A stretch of DNA of 63,972 nucleotides, counting the filler, from Lama guanicoe (Eukaryota), in NCBI GenBank assembly GCA_013239625.1. It is 79 parts of 78 records of this genome, joined end to end, with 100 filler letters (N's around TTAATTAATTAA, not from the genome) between each part and the next. Parts side by side here need not be neighbours in the genome. Positions count along the whole stretch, not along the records: positions 10,351 to 11,000 come from PNXV01002232.1; positions 11,101 to 11,908 come from PNXV01002234.1; positions 12,009 to 13,158 come from MU053508.1; positions 13,259 to 14,426 come from MU053509.1; positions 14,527 to 15,320 come from MU053510.1; positions 15,421 to 16,548 come from MU053511.1; positions 16,649 to 17,620 come from PNXV01002247.1; positions 17,721 to 18,223 come from PNXV01002248.1; 71 more parts are not named here. One strand, 5' to 3'. Positions 10,947-23,082 of this stretch are shown here, one piece after another (position 1 is the stretch's first letter; the number at the start of each line of letters is the position of its first letter). The notes beneath the pieces were generated by a model. It was not told the DNA's origin. It saw only the letters and a list, made by a program, of their open reading frames with translations, and did not search any database. Made by a program: the position numbers and the translations under genes.

Positions 10947-12008
10947 GTGAGTGTGAGCGAGGAGAGTCCACACCCAGGAAGCCCGGGTCCTAGAGCTGCC
11001 NNNNNNNNNNNNNNNNNNNNNNNNNNNNNNNNNNNNNNNNNNNNTTAATTAATTAANNNNNNNNNNNNNNNNNNNNNNNNNNNNNNNNNNNNNNNNNNNN
11101 TTCTAAGGATGACATGAGTGTCCCATCTTGAACAGTGTGTGTGTGTACCAGTGGGGAATGGAAAGACTATCCTGTGGGAAGCAGAGAGATCTGAAACGAG
11201 GTTTTGCTCTCTGGGTCCTGACCCTTCTGAGTTGGTACATAGAGCAGGCGAGGACTTCCTAGTGAGGGAGGGATGCAAGTTTGAGGGAAGTGGGCGAACA
11301 TTTTGGAGGCCCGTGGAAAGCCCAGGATGTGCAGTCGTCAGGACGTGGTGGGAAGAAAGATAATAAGTAAGGTACGTCCTTCATGGCCATGCTGTGTGCG
11401 GTGCCCAACCCGGAGAGGGACTGTTCGCTTGGACTTCGGGTGAACGGGGCTTCCCCGGGTAGAGCAAGGCTCACGAGAACATCAGTCGGGGTGGTCTCTG
11501 GGCCACTGATGTGGGTAGAGCCGCAGGTGTCCTTGAGTTGCCTGCCTGGATATCATAATGACCCCGCAAGTGATGTGTGTCTCTGGCATCCTGAGGATGG
11601 TTACAGTGGTCCCTCGCTGACAGTGTGGCCACCCTACAGGTTTGAGAATGGAAGGTAATTTCCAGGCGAAGGAAGGAAAGCCACCGTATGCTTTGTGTCT
11701 CTGAGTGCTCGTACACCTCAAGGTACACGTATCTGCAGGTGAGGGGATCTCCACGGAGGGAGGAATACAGGTTGGAGGACAGTGGTGGGGTGGCCTTCTC
11801 TAGGGTCGTGGATGTATGTGACGTGCGACCATCAGGATGTGCGTGAGACGGGGGTGGGTTAGTGTGCAGATCCTCCACTTACAGCCCTGCTGTGTGCGGT
11901 GTCCCAGCNNNNNNNNNNNNNNNNNNNNNNNNNNNNNNNNNNNNNNNNNNNNTTAATTAATTAANNNNNNNNNNNNNNNNNNNNNNNNNNNNNNNNNNNN
12001 NNNNNNNN

Positions 12009-13158
12009 GAGCACAGGCATTCCCTTAGAACCCAAGCGCTGCCCACCGTTGGTGGAACCTCCCCACGCTCAGGGTTTCGGAACCACTGTCATTGAGTGGG
12101 GGAGCTCGAGAGAAAACTCCACGCAGCTCTCTTCAGTCACAGGTATTCCCTGCTCGGGGAAGTGTGAGAAATAACTTCCCTGACCTTGGGTAGGCAGCCT
12201 CTATCACTGGGATTTCCTGCAACCCCCCCTAGCATTCCCTGGCACAGAGACATGAGGAAAACCCTCAGGGGAGACGAGCACAGGCATTCCCTTAGAACCC
12301 AAGCGCTGCCCACCGTTGGTGGAACCTCCCCACGCTCAGGAATCCGGAACCATTGTCATTGAGTGGGGGATATCGAGAGACAACTCGACGCCGCTCTCTT
12401 CAGTCACAGGTTTTCCCTGCTCGGGGAAGTGTGAGAAATAACTTCCCTGACCTTGGGTAGGCAGCCTCTGTCACTGGGATTTCCTGCAACCCCCCCTAGC
12501 ATTCCCTGGCACAGAGACATGAGGAAAACCCTCAGGGGAGANNNNNNNNNNNNNNNNNNNNNNNNNNNNNNNNNNNNNNNNNNNNNNNNNNNNNNNNNNN
12601 NNNNNNNNNNNNNNNNNNNNNNNNNNNNNNNNNNNNNNNNNNNNNNNNNNNNNNNNNNNNNNNNNNNNNNNNNNNNNNNNNNNNNNNNNNNNNNNNNNNN
12701 NNNNNNNNNNNNNNNNNNNNNNNNNNNNNNNNNNNNNNNNNNNNNNNNNNNNNNNNNNNNNNNNNNNNNNNNNNNNNNNNNNNNNNNNNNNNNNNNNNNN
12801 NNNNNNNNGTGAGAAATAACTTCCCTGACCTTGGGTAGGCAGCCTCTGTCACTGGGATTTCCTGCAACCCCCCCTAGCATTCCCTGGCACAGAGACATGA
12901 GGAAAACCCTCAGGGGAGATGAGCACAGGCATTCCCTTAGAACCCACGCAGTGCCGACCGTTAGTGGAACCTCCCGACGCTCAGGATTCCGGAACCTTAG
13001 TCATTGAGTGGGGGATCTCGTGAGACAACTCAACGCAGCTCTCTTCAGTCACAGGTTTTCCCTGCGCGGAGAAGTCCGAGAAATACCTTCCCTGACCTTG
13101 GGGATGCAACCTCTTTCACTGGGATTTCCTGCAAACCCTCCTAGCATTCCCTGGCACA
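12009..13158 (+). repeat. GC-rich 268-bp satellite (family A)
   Basis: gagcacaggcattcccttagaaccc at 12009 and 12277 (period 268); near-identical monomers. Confidence 0.97.
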
Positions 13159-13258
13159 NNNNNNNNNNNNNNNNNNNNNNNNNNNNNNNNNNNNNNNNNN
13201 NNTTAATTAATTAANNNNNNNNNNNNNNNNNNNNNNNNNNNNNNNNNNNNNNNNNNNN

Positions 13259-14426
13259 ATATCTCTCTGCCAGGGAATGTTACGGGGGTTTGCAGAATAT
13301 CCCAGTGACATATGCTGCCTCCCCAAGTTCAGGGAAAGTATTTCCCGGACTTCCCCGAACAGGGAACTCCTGTGAATGAAGAGAGTTGCGTAGAGTTGTC
13401 TCTCGTGCTCCCAAAAGCACTGACAATGGTTCCGGAATCCTGAGCGTGGGGAGGTTCCACCAACGGTCGGCAGCGCGTGGGTTCTAACGGAATGCCTAAG
13501 CTCGTCTCCCCTGAGTGTTTTCGTAATGTCTCTGTGCCAGGGAATGCTAGAGGTAATTGCAGGATATCCCAGTGACCGAGGCTGCCTCCCCAAGGTCAGG
13601 GAAGTTATTTCTCGGAGTTCCCCAAAAAAGGAACTCCTGTGAATGAAGAGAGTTGCGTAGAGTTGTCTCTCGTGCTCCCAAAAGCACTGACAATGGTTCC
13701 GGAATCCTGAGCGTGGGGAGGTTCCACCAACGGTCGGCAGCGCGTGGGTAATAACGGAATGCATAAGCTCGTCTCCCCTGAGTATTTTCCTAATGTCTCT
13801 GTGCNNNNNNNNNNNNNNNNNNNNNNNNNNNNNNNNNNNNNNNNNNNNNNNNNNNNNNNNNNNNNNNNNNNNNNNNNNNNNNNNNNNNNNNNNNNNNNNN
13901 NNNNNNNNNNNNNNNNNNNNNNNNNNNNNNNNNNNNNNNNNNNNNNNNNNNNNNNNNNNNNNNNNNNNNNNNNNNNNNNNNNNNNNNNNNNNNNNNNNNN
14001 NNNNNNNNNNNNNNNNNNNNNNNNNNNNNNNNNNNNNNNNNNNNNNNNNNNNNNNNNNNNNNNNNNNNNNNNNNNNNNNNNNNNNNNNNNNNNNNNNNNN
14101 NNNNNNNNNNNNNNNNNNNNNNNNNNNNNNNNNNNNNNNNNNNNNNNNNNNNNNNNNNNNNNNNNNNNNNNNNNNNNNNNNNNNNNNNNNNNNNNNNNNN
14201 NNNNNNNNNNNNNNNNNNNNNNNNNNNNNNNNNNNNNNNNNNNNNNNNNNNNNNNNNNNNNNNNNNNNNNNNNNNNNNNNNNNNNNNNNNNNNNNNNNNN
14301 NNNNNNNNNNNNNNNNNNNNNNNNNNNNNNNNNNNNNNNNNNNNNNNNNNNNNNACAGTGACCGAGGTTGCCTCCCAAAGGTCAGGGAAGTTATTTCTCG
14401 GACTTCCCAGAACAGGGAACTCCTGT
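13259..14426 (-). repeat. GC-rich 267-bp satellite (family A, variant subfamily)
   Basis: Reverse complement of family A; gagagttgcgtagagttgtc at 13381 and 13648 (period 267). Confidence 0.95.
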
Positions 14427-14526
14427 NNNNNNNNNNNNNNNNNNNNNNNNNNNNNNNNNNNNNNNNNNNNTTAATTAATTAANNNNNNNNNNNNNNNNNN
14501 NNNNNNNNNNNNNNNNNNNNNNNNNN

Positions 14527-15320
14527 TTCCCCTACTTTGTTAGGAACACAAAGTTTGTCTTCTGTTGCAAACTTCACCCCATATATTTATATCGTGCGGT
14601 ACAAGTTTAAACACGGTTTTACAGTGAAAACTGCAGGAACTTCAAACCGGCACTAGGAAACAGACTGAGAAACCAGAGAAAGAGTTTCTCCTGCAACCTT
14701 ATCCCTTTGTGCTAGATGAAATATCGTCTCCCCACATGNNNNNNNNNNNNNNNNNNNNNNNNNNNNNNNNNNNNNNNNNCTTGTTGGGAACACCAAGTTT
14801 CTCTGAAGTTGCAAACCCACTGCATACATATATATGGGGAGGTACAAGCTCCAACTCGGTTTTACAGTGAAAACAGAGGAACTTCAAACAGGCACTAGGA
14901 AACACACTGAGAAAACAGAGAATGGGATTCTCCTGCAACCTGATCCCTTTGTGTTAGGTGAAGGAACGTCTCTCCACATGCTCAGTTTTGAGAGTTAAGC
15001 GTTTGTGAAAGCCTTCCTTCACCTAGCTTTGGGGAACACAAAGTTTCTCATCAGTTGTAAACTTCACTCCATACATATATAAGGGGAGGTAAAATGTACA
15101 TCTCAGTTTTACAGTGAAAAATGCAGGAACTTCAAACTGGCACTAGGAAGCTGACTGAGAAGCCAGAGTAAGTGTGTCCACTGCAATTTTTTTCCCTTTG
15201 TGCAAGATGAACGATCGTCTCTCCACATGGTCAGATTTGAGATTTAATCGTGTGTGAAAGCCGTACTTAAACTAGCTTGTTGGGAACACAAATTTTCTCT
15301 TCAGTTGCAAACTCCAACCA
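14527..15320 (+). repeat. ~249-bp satellite (family B)
   Basis: About three tandem monomers of gaaaactgcaggaacttcaaaccggcactaggaaacagactgagaaaccagag. Confidence 0.95.
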
Positions 15321-15420
15321 NNNNNNNNNNNNNNNNNNNNNNNNNNNNNNNNNNNNNNNNNNNNTTAATTAATTAANNNNNNNNNNNNNNNNNNNNNNNN
15401 NNNNNNNNNNNNNNNNNNNN

Positions 15421-15685
15421 GGAAGGTCATCGTTTCTTTGTGTGAGCTATGTATTCAATTCCTATCTATCTTGGTCGAGACTCTTTGACATTTAAGGAGT
15501 TCACTGTTGCTCCCAGAGTGTGAAGCTGGAGGAACTCTGATTCTAGGAGGGGCTTGCTCTTCTCGTACTGGCTTCATTGCAGCTCAGGTACTGATCCTTC
15601 CAAATGGATGCTTGAGTGCAGGGGAGGGAAGAGCAAGTGCTTGATAGCTAGGCCCAANNNNNNNNNNNNNNNNNCTTACCTGGGT
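15421..15685 (+). repeat. Unclassified low-copy repeat, copy 2
   Basis: Matches 5367-5629. Confidence 0.9.
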
Positions 15686-16648
15686 GCATTTCATCGGAAT
15701 GGCTTGGAAATGCCCCTTGGGACGTGTGGATTCTCACGACCTCTTCCAAGAACATGAGCGTTATTATCATCTCTGCCATCTCTTCTCTTTTAGACGTCAC
15801 GGATCTTGGACCCGTTCTCGGAACAGAGATTTGAGTAACTTCCCGAAGTCCACGTTTGCACTCCATATATTTCTGCCAGTATCCGCGAGGTTCACTATGT
15901 CTCATGAATGACTTTCGAGCCTGGTATCCGGTACAGCTGTCTCCATGCCAGTATTCTCCATTGCAGCAGAACAACCCTCATCAATGTGTTCGCATCTCTC
16001 CTCAATCCGTGCAGCCAGCTTTTCGGCCAGCTTCTNNNNNNNNNNNNNNNNNNNNNNNNNNNNNNNNNNNNNNNNNNNNNNNNNNNNNNNNNNNNNNNNN
16101 NNNNNNNNNNNNNNNNNNNNNNNNNNNNNNNNNNNNNNNNNNNNNNNNNNNNNNNNNNNNNNNNNNNNNNNNNNNNNNNNNNNNNNNNNNNNNNNNNNNN
16201 NNNNNNNNNNNNNNNNNNNNNNNNNNNNNNNNNNNNNNNNNNNNNNNNNNNNNNNNNNNNNNNNNNNNNNNNNNNNNNNNNNNNNNNNNNNNNNNNNNNN
16301 NNNNNNNNNNNNNNNCCACGCGGTAACACCAAAATTCCACCTGGAATGCAAGCGGTAACTGCCATCCCCAATGGTGGCTGCATCTTGTCAGTGTAGGGGG
16401 AGGGCCTGCATCCTACAAGAGGTTCCAATAGAAAATGTGATTCTATCCACTCGCGTTCAATGGGCTTTTTTCTTTCCTCTATCCTTTTATTCCGGTCTTT
16501 ATGCACAGTACAAATGGAGGGAAGTGTGTCCATGTTTAGTGGATGGTTNNNNNNNNNNNNNNNNNNNNNNNNNNNNNNNNNNNNNNNNNNNNTTAATTAA
16601 TTAANNNNNNNNNNNNNNNNNNNNNNNNNNNNNNNNNNNNNNNNNNNN

Positions 16649-17620
16649 CTGTTCCCTTTTTTCTAGATGAACGAACGTCTCTACAGATGCTCAGTTTTGA
16701 GAGTTAAGCGTGTGTGAAAGCCGTTCTTCACCCATCTTCTTGGGAACAGAAAGTTTCTCTGCAGTTGCAAACTCCACTCCATACATTTATATGGAGAGGT
16801 ACAAGCTCCAATTTAACTGCAGGAACTTCAAACCGGCACTAGGAAACAGACTGAGAAACCAGAGTAAGTGTTTCTCCTGCAACCTGTTCCCTTTGTGCTA
16901 GATGAACGAACGTCTCTCCACATGCTCAGTTTTGAGAGTTAAGCGTGTATGAAAGCCGTCCTTCACCTAGATTGTAGGGAACACAAATTTTCTCTTCAGT
17001 TGATAATTCCCCTCCATATATATATATGGGGAGGTACAATCTCAAACTCGGTTTTACGGTGAAAACTGCAGGAACTTCAAACCGGCGCTAGGAAACAGAC
17101 TGAGAATCCAGAGTAAGTGTTTCTCCTGCAACCTGTTCCCTTTGTGCTAGATTAACGAACTTTTCTCCACACGCTCAGTTTTGAGAGTTAAGCGTGTGTG
17201 AATGCCGTACTTCACCAATCTTGTTGGGAACACAAAGTTTCGCTTCAGTTGCAGACTCCACTCCATCCATATATATGGGGAGGTACAAGCTCCAACTCGG
17301 TTTTACAGTGAAAACTGCAGGAACTTCAAACCGGCACTAGGAAACAGACTGAGAAACCAGAGTAAGTGTTTTTCCTGCAACCTGTTCCCTTGGTGCTAGA
17401 TGAAAGAATATCTCTCCAAATGATCATTTTGAGAGTTAAGCATGTGTGAAAGCCTTCCTTCACCTAGCATGTTGGGAACACAAAGTTTCTCTTCAGTTGC
17501 AGACTCCGCTCCATACATATATATGGGGAGTGACAAGCTCCAACTCGGTTTTAAAGTGAAAACTGCAGGAGCTTCAAACCGGCACTGGGAAACAGACTGA
17601 GAAACCAGAGTAAGTGTTTC
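16649..17620 (+). repeat. ~249-bp satellite (family B)
   Basis: gaaaactgca at 17061, 17310 and 17558 (periods 249 and 248), with a conserved PstI site in each monomer. Confidence 0.97.
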
Positions 17621-18323
17621 NNNNNNNNNNNNNNNNNNNNNNNNNNNNNNNNNNNNNNNNNNNNTTAATTAATTAANNNNNNNNNNNNNNNNNNNNNNNN
17701 NNNNNNNNNNNNNNNNNNNNGCATCAAGAAGTTTAAAGGGGCTATTCTTACATTTGAGTGGAGGAGCCTCTAAGAAATTTAAATGGCTTTGAAGAGAGAG
17801 TTAACCAGGGACAGAGAGGTCGCAGGTCCTAGTCAACAGTGTCATGAGGCAAAATGTTCTTCAAAGGCTCAGAGTGGCTTCTGAACAACCTCAGGGAGGA
17901 GGTGACAGGCAGTGAGTGGGGTGAGTGACACAGGGTACGGTCCCCCAGCAGGGGAAGAATTGGTTATTTTCTAGTTTTGCAATTTCTTACTAACTTTTTC
18001 TCTTATTGTCACATACCATTTCCTACGAATTAAGCATATCAATGTCAGTCATTTGGGCCACTTGGGAGAAGCTACACGATGCCATTCACAAGGCTGGGAC
18101 ATGACAGCCACACCAGTCTAGGTTGAAAGACCAGTGGGGGTATATCCATGGTAATCACAGGCATGCAGCAAACCCCCCAGATTCAAAGACCTCCTCTCAA
18201 AGTTGGCGCCAATAAAACTACCANNNNNNNNNNNNNNNNNNNNNNNNNNNNNNNNNNNNNNNNNNNNTTAATTAATTAANNNNNNNNNNNNNNNNNNNNN
18301 NNNNNNNNNNNNNNNNNNNNNNN

Positions 18324-18970
18324 ATATGGAAAACAGAATACAGAAGTCAGAATTATAATATTGAATGCAGAAATCAGAATTTACAATATACTATACAGAA
18401 TAATCAGTATAGAATTTAGAACATGGAATGCAGAACACAGAATTTAGAATATATAATACAGATTACTGAATATAGAATTTAGAATATAGAATGTAGAACA
18501 CAGAGTTTAGAATATAGAGTATAGAATACTTAATATACAATTTAGAATATAGAATGTAGAACACAGAATATAGAATATAGAATACTGAATATGCAACGCA
18601 AAATTTAGAACATGGAATGCACAACACAGAATTTAGAATATAGAATACCGAATACTGAATATAGAATATGAATATACAGTGTAGAACACAGAATTTAGAA
18701 TATAGAATACAGAATACTNNNNNNNNNNNNNNNNNNNNNNNNNNNNNNNNNNNNNNNNNNNNNNNNNNNNNNNNNNNNNNNNNNNNNNNNNNNNNNNNNN
18801 NNNNNNNNNNNNNNNNNNNNNNNNNNNNNNNNNNNNNNNNNNNNNNNNNNNNNNNNNNNNNNNNNNNNNNNNNNGCAGAATATACACAATATAAAACACA
18901 AAATTTAGAACATGGAATGCTGTACACAGCATTTAAAATATAGAACACGGAATACTGAATATAGAATATG
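18324..18970 (-). repeat. AT-rich heptamer satellite
   Basis: (TATAGAA)n-type reverse complement of 5742-6719. Confidence 0.95.
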
Positions 18971-19070
18971 NNNNNNNNNNNNNNNNNNNNNNNNNNNNNN
19001 NNNNNNNNNNNNNNTTAATTAATTAANNNNNNNNNNNNNNNNNNNNNNNNNNNNNNNNNNNNNNNNNNNN

Positions 19071-19486
19071 AGTAATAACCCATTGTATTTTTATCTGTGG
19101 TTGTGCATATATATATATAAGTATAGATACGTCTATGAAATATAAAAATAAAAAATATAGATGTGTATTTATATATACTATAAACACACATTTTCTTTAT
19201 CCATCATCTATTGATGAACATTTAATTTGCTTCTATATCCTCTCTATTATAAATAATTCTGCAGTGAATATATGATTGAATTTATCTTTTCTAGTTTTTG
19301 TTTTTATTTTCTTGGAATAAGTATCCAGATATGGAAATGTTGGATTATATTTCATTCTAAATTTTTAGATTAAACTGCATACTGTTTTCCACAGTGGCAG
19401 TACAAATTAAATTCACTCCAGCAGTGCATCAGGGTTGTTCTTACATCCTCACCAACACTTATATTTGTTATCTTTTTGATAATATT
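19071..19486 (-). mobile_element. Old L1 3' region remnant
   Basis: ttttctttatccatcatctattgatgaacattta...ttcttggaataagtatccagatatgg...cattcactccagcagtg-like antisense L1 text. Confidence 0.8.
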
Positions 19487-19586
19487 NNNNNNNNNNNNNN
19501 NNNNNNNNNNNNNNNNNNNNNNNNNNNNNNTTAATTAATTAANNNNNNNNNNNNNNNNNNNNNNNNNNNNNNNNNNNNNNNNNNNN

Positions 19587-20375
19587 AAATTTGCAGACTA
19601 CAAAATCAATATACAAATATCCATTGCATTTTTATCCAGTAACAACATATTATCAGAAAGAGAAATTAGGAATACAATTGTGTGTATATTTATACCAAAA
19701 AGAATAAAATAGGAATACAATTGATAAGTGAAATAAAAGATCTAAACATACATCTATAAATTACAGGTGTATGAAATATAAGTAAACAAAATAAATAGAA
19801 AGATATTCTGTTTTTATGGATTGTGTACAATGTGAGGAAGTATTCTAATCTATCTTTTACATGTTCAAACTCCCCAGCACTAAATAATGAGGAGTATGTC
19901 TTTTCTTCGTTTTATACTCTAGCTTCCTTTTTCAGGTTAATTGAGGTGTGAGGGATTGTATCTGGTTGCTCTATTCTCTTCTATTGATTGGTGTCTGTTT
20001 TTGAGCCAGTATCATGTTGTTTTAATTACTAAAGCTTTGTAGGACTGTTTAACATCAGAGAAATTTACACCATTAGATTTAATACACTTTTTCAAGATTA
20101 TTAATGCAAATCATGATCTTTATGTTTAAATACAAATTTTGAAATTATTTCTTCCATTAAATGGAAAAATCTCATGGGTATTTTGACATGTATCACACTA
20201 AATGTAGATTCCTTTGAGTAGTATGGTTGTTTCAACCACATTGTTTCATATCATAAACAGAAGAGATATTTTCACTCCTTTGGATCAGTTTTATTTTTAT
20301 TCATCCATGTTTTCTATTTTTTAACTTATAGGTTTTCTCCTTATCTGTTAAATTTATTACTAGGTATTTATTACA
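19587..20375. mobile_element. Two degenerate L1 ORF2 fragments in convergent orientation (sense ~19587-19822, antisense ~19823-20375)
   Basis: Sense ttgcagactacaaaatcaatatacaaatatccattgcatt; antisense tttgagccagtatcatgttgttttaattactaaagctttgtag. Confidence 0.75.
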
Positions 20376-20521
20376 TATATATATAATTATTTGTATTATA
20401 TTTGTAAACACGTTTCCTACANNNNNNNNNNNNNNNNNNNNNNNNNNNNNNNNNNNNNNNNNNNNTTAATTAATTAANNNNNNNNNNNNNNNNNNNNNNN
20501 NNNNNNNNNNNNNNNNNNNNN

Positions 20522-20975
20522 ACCTCCAGTACACACACGATCACTTGCACAGTTATCCTGAGAGTGGGCATCCTAATCCAACTGAGAGCAGGGCCTTGGT
20601 TCTTATAAAATCGCTTAACTTGTCTAAACTTTTTGGATGCCTCATACGGAGTGCTGGGGAAAAGGTGGGTTGGGATCTAAATCCAAGTATTAGCGAGTGT
20701 TTCTCCATGGGATTTGGAGGTTATTAACCAAAAACCCACAACATGGGAATACCTGTGCTCCTTGAGAAGAGCGTGGATTCTGTATCCCCACCATCAGAAC
20801 ACACATGAAGAAGTTTTCTGCTATCCTGGGTGTGGGCTGGCAAATTCAGGTGACAGAAGCGGCTGGGTTCTAATAGAATCCCTTAGCTTGACTTCCCTAA
20901 CTGTTTTCCACTGTTTTCCTAGGCCCAGCAGTACGCGATGGTGGGGGATGGGCTCTAAAGCCAAGTATTAGCGAG
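20522..20975 (-). repeat. Diverged ~268-bp satellite (family A')
   Basis: ccaagtattagcgag at 20683 and 20961 (278 bp, or 268 after removing a 10-bp duplication actgttttcc). tgggttctaatagaatcccttagctt matches family A tgggttctaacggaatgcctaagctc. Confidence 0.8.
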
Positions 20976-21075
20976 NNNNNNNNNNNNNNNNNNNNNNNNN
21001 NNNNNNNNNNNNNNNNNNNTTAATTAATTAANNNNNNNNNNNNNNNNNNNNNNNNNNNNNNNNNNNNNNNNNNNN

Positions 21076-21942
21076 TAGGGAATGTAGAATACGGAATTCA
21101 GGATATAGAATACAGAATATAGAAAATAGAACACAGAATATAGTATATGGAAAACAGAATACAGAACCCAGAATTTACAACATGGAATGCAGAACACTGA
21201 ATTTAGAATATAGAATACATAGAACTGAAAATAGAATTTAGAATATAGAATGTAGAACACAGAAATTAGAATATAGAACACACAATGCTGAATATAGTAT
21301 TTAGAATATCGAATGTTGAACACAGAATATAGAAAATAGAATAGAGTATATAGAACCCATAATTTAGAACATGGAAATTAGAACACAGAATTTATAATGT
21401 AGGATACACAATACTGACTAGCGAACATAGAATTTAGAATATAGAAATCAGAATATAGATTATAGGATACAGAATGTAGAATATAGAATAAAGAATATAG
21501 AATATATAACACAAAATATAGAATATGGAAAACAGAATACAGAAACCAAAATTTAGAACATGGAATGCAGAACACAGAATTTAGAATATNNNNNNNNNNN
21601 NNNNNNNNNNNNNNNNNNNNNNNNNNNNNNNNNNNNNNNNNNNNNNNNNNNNNNNNNNNNNNNNNNNNNNNNNNNNNNNNNNNNNNNNNNNNNNNNNNNN
21701 NNNNNNNNNNNNNNNNNNNNNNNNNNNNNNGAATATAGAATTTAGAATATTGAATGTTGAACACAGAATATAGAATATAGACTACGGAATGCTGAATATA
21801 GAATATAGAATATAGAATGTTGAACCCAAAGTAGAGAATATAGAATAGAATATATACAACCCAGAATTAAGAACATTGAATGTAGAACACACTATTTAGA
21901 ATATAGAATACAGAATACTGTATATCGAATTTAGAATATAGA
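21076..21942 (-). repeat. AT-rich heptamer satellite
   Basis: Same heptamer vocabulary, reverse strand. Confidence 0.95.
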
Positions 21943-22844
21943 NNNNNNNNNNNNNNNNNNNNNNNNNNNNNNNNNNNNNNNNNNNNTTAATTAATTAANN
22001 NNNNNNNNNNNNNNNNNNNNNNNNNNNNNNNNNNNNNNNNNNCTCAGTTGGCTGCTGGAGGCAACATGTGTATAAGTATTGGTTCCCCTTAAGCCCAAAC
22101 ATATATGAAGTAACAAATAATTCTGTTGCTTAAAGTTGGTTCAGGGCAACTGTGTAACAGTTCTTACTCTGCTGATGTTTAATTATGGGTTTAGGAACTA
22201 TGGAACCTCCTCAAATATCTCTCATCATAAAACCATCTTTTCTTATTTTCCTGTTTCTTAGTAATTGCCAAAGACTCTCAAATGATGGCTTCACACAAAA
22301 CAGCAGCTAAAGTTTTTGAGCCCTCTTGACATACCCACTGTGGTAAACATTTTACATAATTTCTAATTCTCATAATTCTACNNNNNNNNNNNNNNNNNNN
22401 NNNNNNNNNNNNNNNNNNNNNNNNNNNNNNNNNNNNNNNNNNNNNNNNNNNNNNNNNNNNNNNNNNNNNNNNNNNNNNNNNNNNNNNNNNNNNNNNNNNN
22501 NNNNNNNNNNNNNNNNNNNNNNNNNNNNNNNNNNNNNNNNNNNNNNNNNNNNNNNNNNNNNNNNNNNNNNNNNNNNNNNNNNNNNNNNNNNNNNNNNNNN
22601 NNNNNNNNNNNNNNNNNNNNNNNNNNNNNNNNNNNNNNNNNNNNNNNNNNNNNNNNNNNNNNNNNNNNNNNNNNNNNNNNNNNNNAGCGAGATGATAAAA
22701 CTAAGATATAAGCAGAATAATTTTTCCAGGTAGACAGACATAATGGACATTGTGCTATTCTGAAGCATTAAGCAAAGAAATTAAAATAACGTTGTTTAAG
22801 CCTTCCTTTCCAAACAGGAAAGTTAAGACTGTAAGAAGGTGCAA

Positions 22845-22860
22845 CAGCGCCACCTATGGG
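22845..22860 (-). promoter_or_regulatory. Candidate CTCF-binding motif
   Basis: The minus strand reads CCCATAGGTGGCGCTG, close to the CTCF core CCASYAGRKGGCRS. Motif match only. Confidence 0.4.
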
Positions 22861-23082
22861 TAAAAAGACCTTCCAGGTTGCCGGGAATCATGCAACACAA
22901 AAATTGCCTGTAGGATCAGAAACGAAAATCAGATAAATGCTTATGTAGCACATACTGCACTTTACTTCGGGGGAAGGGAGGGNNNNNNNNNNNNNNNNNN
23001 NNNNNNNNNNNNNNNNNNNNNNNNNNTTAATTAATTAANNNNNNNNNNNNNNNNNNNNNNNNNNNNNNNNNNNNNNNNNNNN

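Noticed and set aside
11471..11878. 135-aa minus-strand ORF with a possible acceptor at ~11732
   Set aside because: No recognisable domain, and overlapping ORFs on both strands are expected in GC-rich DNA. Insufficient evidence.
14527..15320. Possible common ancestry of satellite families A and B (shared gggaacac, tggggaggt, ctcttcagt)
   Set aside because: Only short words are shared, with inconsistent strand and order. No colinear alignment is visible by eye.
19587..20375. L1 sense/antisense junction as a twin-priming inversion
   Set aside because: The fragments are convergent and overlap in L1 coordinates, which fits two separate old insertions or a rearrangement better.
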